Position numbers and translations under genes: made by a program
The notes under the pieces: model-generated
What the model was told of the DNA's origin: nothing
Seen by the model: the letters and a program-made list of their open reading frames with translations, nothing else
Database searches by the model: none
NCBI RefSeq assembly: GCF_009914755.1
Contig: NC_060933.1
Origin: the human T2T-CHM13v2.0 reference genome, Homo sapiens
Length of the DNA: 64,000 bases
Strand: one strand, 5' to 3'
Shown: one piece after another, positions 63,728 to 64,000 of the stretch
How positions within the stretch are numbered: the stretch's first letter is position 1
Layout: each line of letters begins with the position of its first letter

Positions 63728-63885
63728 TGCTATTGACTGAATGTTTATATCCTCACCAAATTCATAGGTTGAAATTCCAACTGCAATGTGATATTATCAG
63801 AATGCGAGGCCTTTGGAAGGTGATTAGGTCACAAGGGCAGAGCCCTATGAATGAGATTAGTGTCCTTATTAAAAAAGACCTCAGA
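63728..63885 (+). mobile_element. MLT1A/A0 LTR 5' part, interrupted by L1
   Basis: TGCTATTGACTGAATGTTT...GGCCTTTGGAAGGTGATTAGGTCA...ATGAATGAGATTAGTGTCCTTAT. Confidence 0.8.
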
Positions 63886-63894
63886 TGAGAGAGG

Positions 63895-64000
63895 AGAAAC
63901 TACCAACAAAGTAAACAGACAACCTACAGAATGGGAGAAAATTTTCACAAACTATGCATCTGACAAAGGTCTAATATCCAGCATCTATAAGGAACTTAAA
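63895..64000 (+). mobile_element. 5'-truncated L1PA ORF2 3' region, continuing beyond the window
   Basis: AACAGACAACCTACAGAATGGGAGAAAATTTT...CATCTGACAAAGGTCTAATATCCAG. Confidence 0.9.

Overview
This is primate, most likely human or great-ape, non-coding genomic DNA. The assignment rests on AluJ, AluS and AluY elements, including a CpG-rich AluYe-like copy. I find no intact protein-coding gene, RNA gene or CpG island. The ORFs I can identify are decayed L1 ORF1/ORF2, hAT transposase or Alu/LTR-derived frames; the rest look like chance ORFs. Roughly half or more of the window is interspersed repeat: seven Alus plus two Alu monomers or fragments, a near-full-length but internally deleted L1MA1/2 (27.2-33.0 kb), other L1, HAL1, L2 and MIR fossils, about a dozen solo LTRs (MaLR and ERVL), and DNA transposons (MER1A, MER20, a Charlie transposase fossil, MADE1). 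I do not see convincing evidence of a new biological system. The most interesting directly visible signals are small rearrangements: long near-perfect hairpins (37.9, 25.0 and 61.9 kb), a ~60-bp templated insertion copied from 2 kb away into an LTR33, an Alu monomer whose Pol III B-box region is present in four 39-bp tandem copies, and a recent 93-bp duplication inside an old MLT1B. More speculatively, there may be a very eroded Gypsy-like pol fossil at 20.9-22.8 kb, and a plus-strand bias of L1s and LTRs may point to a minus-strand host transcript. Subfamily names come from recalled consensus sequences and need RepeatMasker/Dfam confirmation.
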